Shown here: positions 59,149 to 64,000 of the stretch, one piece after another | How positions within the stretch are numbered: the first letter of the stretch is position 1 | Layout of the letters: the number at the start of each line of letters is the position of its first letter | From: an uncultured bacterium | Lineage (GTDB): Bacteria; CAYUVA01 | Assembly: GCA_964448115.1 (NCBI GenBank) | Contig: CAYUVA010000012.1 | Span: 7,769-71,768 of the forward strand | Direction: 5' to 3' | Length of the DNA stretch: 64,000 nucleotides | Notes under the pieces: model-generated | Databases searched by the model: none | What the model was told of the DNA's origin: nothing | What the model saw: only the letters and a program-made list of their open reading frames with translations | Translations under genes and position numbers: made by a program

Positions 59149-59460
59149 ATGCCGATATACGAATACAAGTGCGATTCCTGCGGTAGAATCTTCGAGGTAT
59201 TGCAGGGCTTCGGTGAAGCACCGGTAAAGACCTGTAAGTTCTGCGGTAAAAAGGTACATAAAATCATATCTCCAGCAGGCTTTATTCTCAAAGGTCCCGG
59301 CTTTTATGTGAACGATTACCCCTCCAAGGACAGAGAAAAAGCGCTGCGCAGCGAAAATAATAATTCAGGGCATACATCAAGATCCAAGACCAGTTCCTCA
59401 TCAGATACTAAGCAAACAAAGGAAAAAGAGAAATCGAAGGACACCACCTCGGCGGCATAA
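59149..59460 (+). CDS. FmdB-family zinc-ribbon protein with Ser/Lys-rich tail
   Basis: MPIYEYKCDSCGRIFEVLQ ... CKFCG (CxxC...CxxC). Strong RBS AAAGGAGG 7 nt upstream. Confidence 0.8.
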   Translation: MPIYEYKCDSCGRIFEVLQGFGEAPVKTCKFCGKKVHKIISPAGFILKGPGFYVNDYPSKDREKALRSENNNSGHTSRSKTSSSSDTKQTKEKEKSKDTTSAA

Positions 59461-59489
59461 GCAAAGCGTGAAATAAAGTCCGTATCGGG

Positions 59490-60842
59490 TTACATGCCCT
59501 GGATATAGCCGAGACTCTTAAGCAGCTCCAATCGTTCAGCATCCTGTGGCGAGCGCTTAGGCTTAAAAGATGCGCTTTCATTCAGATCGACCTGGTAGCT
59601 ATCGATAAAATCTAGCTTTTGTGTGGTTAGGAAATCCTTGGTAAAAAGCTCGCCCAGTACTTTACCGTCCATATCCCTTGCCACTGGCAATCCAAAGTAA
59701 TATAAAAGGGTCGGTGTAATATCCAGCACTGATGCTCGTTTAATCCTGGTTCCCTTTCTAATTCCCTTGCCGAAGGCGATGATGACTCCATTGATGCTGT
59801 GCCAGCCGTAAATACCCCTTCTTATTATATCATCGCCCACCTGGATCGGCTCGGTTGGATCGTAATCCCTGAAACCATGGTCTGAAACCACCATTAAAAG
59901 CGTATCATCATCCACCAGTTTCATGAGTTCACCAAGATAGCGATCCAGCACCCTGTAGTAATTCAATATCACCTTGCCAGCGAATAGCTTGTATTTCTCT
60001 TCCATTGATGTTGGATTAAGCTTACCTTTATTCATCTGTCTATATCGACGATAGTCCTTCCAGTACCAATGAGAGAGCATATCGGCTCCCTCGTAATAGA
60101 CTGCCAGGAACCTCGGATGCTTGTTTTCCCACAAGTACTTGCCTATTTTATGATAACTAAGGTCCTTGAAATACATGGTGAATGAGCCGGTCTGAGTCAG
60201 GATGTTATCCTTGAGGAGCAACTCCATCTCCTTTTCACCGCGTTTGGTATGCATCAAAGGAAGTATCTCCTCGAAGAAACCTGGCGGATAAACCGAGGAA
60301 GCATAAGTATTGTTGGCATCTATGGCGAAAACCGGCCAGCCGGATCCCTCATCCTTCTGGCGCAACGGATAGGTAACATCGGAGCAGATATACCCTCTTA
60401 TCTCTTCTGGCGGATAGGTAACCCAGAAGCCGACAATACCTGGGATCATATTATGCTCGCTGAGCAGGTTCCAGATCGCCTTGGTTCTTCTCATGTTGGA
60501 CGACACCGGCGCCAGATCTCCCTTTTCAGTCTGCACCGTGAAACTCCTGATGCCGTGAACTTGAGGGCTATAGCCGGTCATTATGCTGGTCCATATCGCC
60601 GGCGAAAACATCGGCTCGATGCTTGTAAGAACGCCACTGGAGCCTTGGGTTATCATTCGTTCGAAGTTGGGAAGCTCGCCAGCATCGCGAAGCTGATCGA
60701 TTATCTCCCAATCAATACCGTCGAAACCTAGTAGTATTGCCTTTCTTTCAGCTCCCGAATTCCTCTTATGACAAGCTAAGCCACCCTGAAGCAAGAGCAT
60801 GCAGATAAGCAAAGCTGCTATCTTTGTATATACACATCTCAT
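59490..60842 (-). CDS. Lipoprotein of the alkaline-phosphatase superfamily (type I phosphodiesterase / nucleotide pyrophosphatase family), paralogue of the gene at 39439-41121
   Basis: Lipobox LLQGGLAC. ILLGFDGIDWEII ... SIEPMFSPAIWTSIMTGYSPQVHGI ... VVSDHGF. Confidence 0.85.
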   Translation of the reverse strand: MRCVYTKIAALLICMLLLQGGLACHKRNSGAERKAILLGFDGIDWEIIDQLRDAGELPNFERMITQGSSGVLTSIEPMFSPAIWTSIMTGYSPQVHGIRSFTVQTEKGDLAPVSSNMRRTKAIWNLLSEHNMIPGIVGFWVTYPPEEIRGYICSDVTYPLRQKDEGSGWPVFAIDANNTYASSVYPPGFFEEILPLMHTKRGEKEMELLLKDNILTQTGSFTMYFKDLSYHKIGKYLWENKHPRFLAVYYEGADMLSHWYWKDYRRYRQMNKGKLNPTSMEEKYKLFAGKVILNYYRVLDRYLGELMKLVDDDTLLMVVSDHGFRDYDPTEPIQVGDDIIRRGIYGWHSINGVIIAFGKGIRKGTRIKRASVLDITPTLLYYFGLPVARDMDGKVLGELFTKDFLTTQKLDFIDSYQVDLNESASFKPKRSPQDAERLELLKSLGYIQGM

Positions 60843-60930
60843 GCTAGAATGAACTTAAAGCGCATTATGCGATCTTAAGCAAGTCATAATTTTCATTGCA
60901 AATTTTCGCCTTGCCATTAAGATATCGAAT

Positions 60931-62232
60931 ATGAAAAGTGAGCTTTTAAGATCGCCTACCGATATTTTCATACGCTACCTGCCTATCCTGCATATCGCTG
61001 ATGCTATACGCCAGAAAGATGAGCAGCTTGAGATCCTCGATGTTGGAGGGGCTAATGGTATTGCTGCAGAATTGCTCGAAAAAGATAGTGTCATTATAGC
61101 AGACCTGGCTGCCTTCGAGCACGAAAACATGGTCATCGCCGATGCTGCCCGGCTACCATTCGTAGATGATACATTCGATATAGCCATCAGCATCGATACA
61201 CTTGAACACATACACCCAACATCACGCGAAAAGGTCATGGAAGAGGTGCTGCGGGTCTGCATACGGGGAGCTTTGCTGGTTTTTCCCTATAACCACACGC
61301 AGATAGTGAAAGCGGAGCGAAAAATTCTTGAATTCCAGGATCATCTGGGCATAGATGCTCGATTCCTTCATGAACATGAAGAGTATGGCTTGGTCAAGAT
61401 CAGTCAAGTGGAGGGATATCTAGCTCGAACAGGCTACGCCTATGAGCGTTTGCCGCTTAGCGCTTTGACCTTATGGTTACTAGAGCATGTTCTGGAGGGC
61501 TTTTTAGGGTATCTTCCAATGGGTGAAGAACTGCTTAATGCTGCCTATCAGCTTACCAACCGCTGCCTCATGGAGAGCTTGTCCATCGGGTTGCCCTATC
61601 GAATGGGGTATTTTATAGGAAAATCGATAAATCCAGGGCAGGTTATGCAACAGGTAACTCGTACAAAGAAAAAAAGGACTGTTCCTGCGCGGGAAATTAA
61701 CCAGTTTATCAAGGCGATAATAGGATCAAGGCAAGGCTATTCAGAGATGGTCGCCTACTGCGAGCAAGCCAAAGACGAGATTCGACAACAACATGAAGAA
61801 CTGGAAAAACATGCAAGCTACCAGAGGGAGCTTCTACAGGTAATTAGTGAGCTAAAACAAACCATTGAGCAGATGCGCCAGGAGTTCCAAGAGAAGAACG
61901 ACCATATAGATAGGCTGCAAACCTATATCAAGAAGCTGGAAGGTCAATATGCCCAGGCCATTATAAGCACAGAATCCCTGGTGGAGCAGATAAATCACCT
62001 CAAACACAAAATTAGGCAGCTCAATGAAGAAAGCCAACTGCGAAACGAGTACATTAGTAAATTGGAGGCTGAAGATAAGCAAAAAGGAGAATACATAGAA
62101 AAACAAGGTAGAGACTACCGAGACTTAGAAAGGCGATTTGCCGATCTCGAGGAGGAATTCAGGAACCTACAACAGAAATATGAATATATTACCAACCATA
62201 GGCTCTATAGGCTCATAGAAAGATTTATGTAA
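60931..62232 (+). CDS. Class I SAM-dependent methyltransferase with a C-terminal coiled coil of about 150 aa
   Basis: Motif I: ILDVGGANG. Methyltransf_11-like: AARLPFVDDTFDIAISIDTLEHI. Residues 280-433 or so are heptad-rich (EELEKHASYQRELLQVISELKQTIEQMRQEFQEKNDHIDRLQTYIKKLEGQ...). Confidence 0.85.
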   Translation: MKSELLRSPTDIFIRYLPILHIADAIRQKDEQLEILDVGGANGIAAELLEKDSVIIADLAAFEHENMVIADAARLPFVDDTFDIAISIDTLEHIHPTSREKVMEEVLRVCIRGALLVFPYNHTQIVKAERKILEFQDHLGIDARFLHEHEEYGLVKISQVEGYLARTGYAYERLPLSALTLWLLEHVLEGFLGYLPMGEELLNAAYQLTNRCLMESLSIGLPYRMGYFIGKSINPGQVMQQVTRTKKKRTVPAREINQFIKAIIGSRQGYSEMVAYCEQAKDEIRQQHEELEKHASYQRELLQVISELKQTIEQMRQEFQEKNDHIDRLQTYIKKLEGQYAQAIISTESLVEQINHLKHKIRQLNEESQLRNEYISKLEAEDKQKGEYIEKQGRDYRDLERRFADLEEEFRNLQQKYEYITNHRLYRLIERFM

Positions 62233-62360
62233 CAAGATAATGTTTTCCTTCATTTTTAGGGCTTGCATTCTGAGCAAAATACCCAGGGAGCCGTACCTGT
62301 AAATTTTACTTGCATGAATAATTTATTATGTTACTATTGTTATAGAGAAGGCAGGCAGAA

Positions 62361-63470
62361 ATGAAGGTTGCCATAGTACATGATTGGCTCACGGGTATGA
62401 GAGGTGGCGAGAGGGTGCTGGAGATTCTTTGTCAAATGTTCCCCGACGCGGAGATATATACCCTTTTTCACCACCAGGGGAGCGTTTCGCCGATAATCGA
62501 GAGACACCGCATTCACACCAGCTTCCTTCAGAAAGCGCCCCGCAGCTTGAACTATAGGTACATGCTGCCGCTATTTCCTTATGCGGTGGAGCAGTTCAAC
62601 CTAAAAGGATACGATTTGGTGATCAGCTCCTCGCACTGCGCAGCTATGGGCGCTATAACCGGCAGCTATTGCTGCCATATCTGCTACTCATTCACCCCTG
62701 CCAGGTACCTGTGGGAGATGCAGGATGAGTACTTCAATTCAAATGGCAAGAGGAGGATTACCAGGGCGATAATAGATTACCTCAGCAAGCACTTGCGCCA
62801 ATGGGAGGTATGCGCTAGCCATCGGGTCGATCTTTTTATCGCTATCTCGGAACATATCAAGCGACGGATAAACAAGTACTATCGCCGTGATGCTGTTGTC
62901 TTGCACCCACCGGTTAACCATGAGACATTCTACAACACCGGGGTAGCAAAAGAGGATTTTTACCTCATCGTGTCTGCTCCCGCTCCATATAAACGCCTTG
63001 ATTTAGCCATCGAGGCCTTCAATCGCCTAGGCGATCAGCTTGTGATTATCGGAGATGGTCCCCAGATGAAGAAGCTAAGGTCAGCCTCAAATGGCAATAT
63101 CAAGTTTTTAGGCTGGCAGCCGGATAGGGTACTGAACGATTACTATAATCGAGCTAGAGCCTTGATATTTCCAGGAATAGAGGATTACGGTTTAACGCCA
63201 CTGGAAGCGAACGCTGTTGGCACGCCGGTCATCGCCCTTGCAGCCGGTGGGGTCCTGGAGACGATCAAAGAAAACATAGGTGGAATCTTCTTCGATCATC
63301 AAGATGTCGATTCTCTATGTGAGGCTGTACAAAGATCAAAAAAGATCTCCCTTGATAGAGAGGCGATGATCGAACATACAAAAAGGTTCTCCATCCAATA
63401 CTTCATGGCAGAGTTTAAATCTCTCTTACAAAGGACGATAGCAAACTTTGGCAAAAAAGAGAAAACCTGA
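62361..63470 (+). CDS. Glycosyltransferase family 1 (GT4-type)
   Basis: KVAIVHDWLTGMRGGERVL N-terminal motif. Donor-binding FPGIEDYGLTPLEANAVGTPVIALAAGGVLETI. Confidence 0.9.
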   Translation: MKVAIVHDWLTGMRGGERVLEILCQMFPDAEIYTLFHHQGSVSPIIERHRIHTSFLQKAPRSLNYRYMLPLFPYAVEQFNLKGYDLVISSSHCAAMGAITGSYCCHICYSFTPARYLWEMQDEYFNSNGKRRITRAIIDYLSKHLRQWEVCASHRVDLFIAISEHIKRRINKYYRRDAVVLHPPVNHETFYNTGVAKEDFYLIVSAPAPYKRLDLAIEAFNRLGDQLVIIGDGPQMKKLRSASNGNIKFLGWQPDRVLNDYYNRARALIFPGIEDYGLTPLEANAVGTPVIALAAGGVLETIKENIGGIFFDHQDVDSLCEAVQRSKKISLDREAMIEHTKRFSIQYFMAEFKSLLQRTIANFGKKEKT

Positions 63471-63539
63471 TGAAAAATTTTGAAACATTTATTCAAGTGC
63501 TTTGTTTTAAGCCCTAGAGGAGGATAGCCGGTGGATAAA

Positions 63540-64000
63540 ATGCCCCCCAAGACAAGAGCTTTGGTAATAGATGATGAAAAACAGGCGCTTGATGAACTGA
63601 AGGTTCTGCTCACCTCCGAGGACTACCTTGTGGATATTGCCCAATCCCCGTTAAAAGGGCTGGAGATGTACAGGGACAGGTTTTATGACTTTGTACTATT
63701 GGATCTTCAGATGCAAGAGAAAAACGGATTGGAGGTTCTCGAAGAAATTAAACGCATGGATAGATATGCGGTTGTAGTTATTGTAACAACCTATGATAAG
63801 GCTGAACGGGCAGCGGAGACCATACGCAAGGGAGCCAGCGATTATGTAGTCAAACCACTACTACCATCTAAACTCCGCGAGGTGCTTGGTAGGCTATCCA
63901 ACGAGATCTCCATCCGGAGAGCCTACATGCAACAACTAGCCGAGATTTCAGCCAATCGCCTTGATAAGATCTATGCGAAAAGTAGCGTGATGCACCGCAT
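63540..64000 (+). CDS. Response regulator receiver, 5' part of a probable sigma-54-dependent activator; truncated by the window end
   Basis: RBS AGAGGAGGA 14 nt upstream. ALVIDDEKQAL ... FVLLDLQMQEKNG ... YVVKP receiver motifs. Open to the end of the window. Confidence 0.85.
   Translation, partial: MPPKTRALVIDDEKQALDELKVLLTSEDYLVDIAQSPLKGLEMYRDRFYDFVLLDLQMQEKNGLEVLEEIKRMDRYAVVVIVTTYDKAERAAETIRKGASDYVVKPLLPSKLREVLGRLSNEISIRRAYMQQLAEISANRLDKIYAKSSVMHR

Overview
This 64-kb window is a dense chromosomal region (about 50% GC) from a Gram-negative-type bacterium with roughly 50 protein genes. The Gram-negative call rests on an outer-membrane beta-barrel candidate with a signal peptide, an ExbD/TolR homologue, lipoprotein signal peptides, and split purL/purQ/purS genes. 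I found no rRNA, tRNA, CRISPR array, transposase or integrase. The window falls into five blocks.

- **Block 1, 0.2-10.1 kb, signal transduction.** An HD-GYP response regulator is transcribed divergently from a seven-gene + strand operon. That operon encodes a small helical protein, two receiver-first hybrid histidine kinases, a CheY-like receiver, a PAS-like histidine kinase, a sigma-54 enhancer-binding protein with a degenerate receiver, and a 1051-aa nucleotide cyclase-STAND NTPase-TPR protein.
- **Block 2, 10.1-18.8 kb, mostly housekeeping.** An HTH/Lys-rich/TPR protein, a structured 0.5-kb intergenic region, an outer-membrane protein, dprA-topA, an orphan exbD and an ABC-F ATPase.
- **Block 3, 18.8-48.5 kb, probable glycoconjugate or lipid modification island.** It holds four radical SAM enzymes (two B12-binding, one SPASM-type, one ELP3-like), five glycosyltransferases with Rossmann-like folds (three GT4, one GT2, one GT2-left-handed-beta-helix fusion), and three large membrane proteins with the topology of GT-C-fold glycosyltransferases. 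Its redox genes are an FAD-linked oxidase / CCG-type Fe-S protein pair, a thioredoxin-TPR protein and a cupin-HEAT protein. Also here are a UDP-GlcNAc 2-epimerase, two alkaline-phosphatase-family phosphodiesterases, an embedded PAS histidine kinase, and a membrane spermidine-synthase-like gene co-operonic with a DnaQ-type exonuclease.
- **Block 4, 48.6-55.9 kb.** ligA, a GT2 glycosyltransferase, and a purL-purQ-purS operon in which PurS is a tandem fusion.
- **Block 5, 56.4-64 kb.** An MFS transporter, an NAD-dependent epimerase, an FmdB zinc-ribbon protein, a lipoprotein phosphodiesterase, a methyltransferase with a long coiled-coil tail (WbdD-like architecture without the kinase domain), a GT4 glycosyltransferase, and the start of another sigma-54-type response regulator.

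Features that recur across the window:
- TTG and GTG start codons.
- 4-8 nt start/stop overlaps between adjacent genes.
- One 59-nt overlap between the 3' ends of two convergent genes.
- Several structured or repetitive intergenic elements.

All functional calls come from motifs I read in the translations. I ran no database searches.
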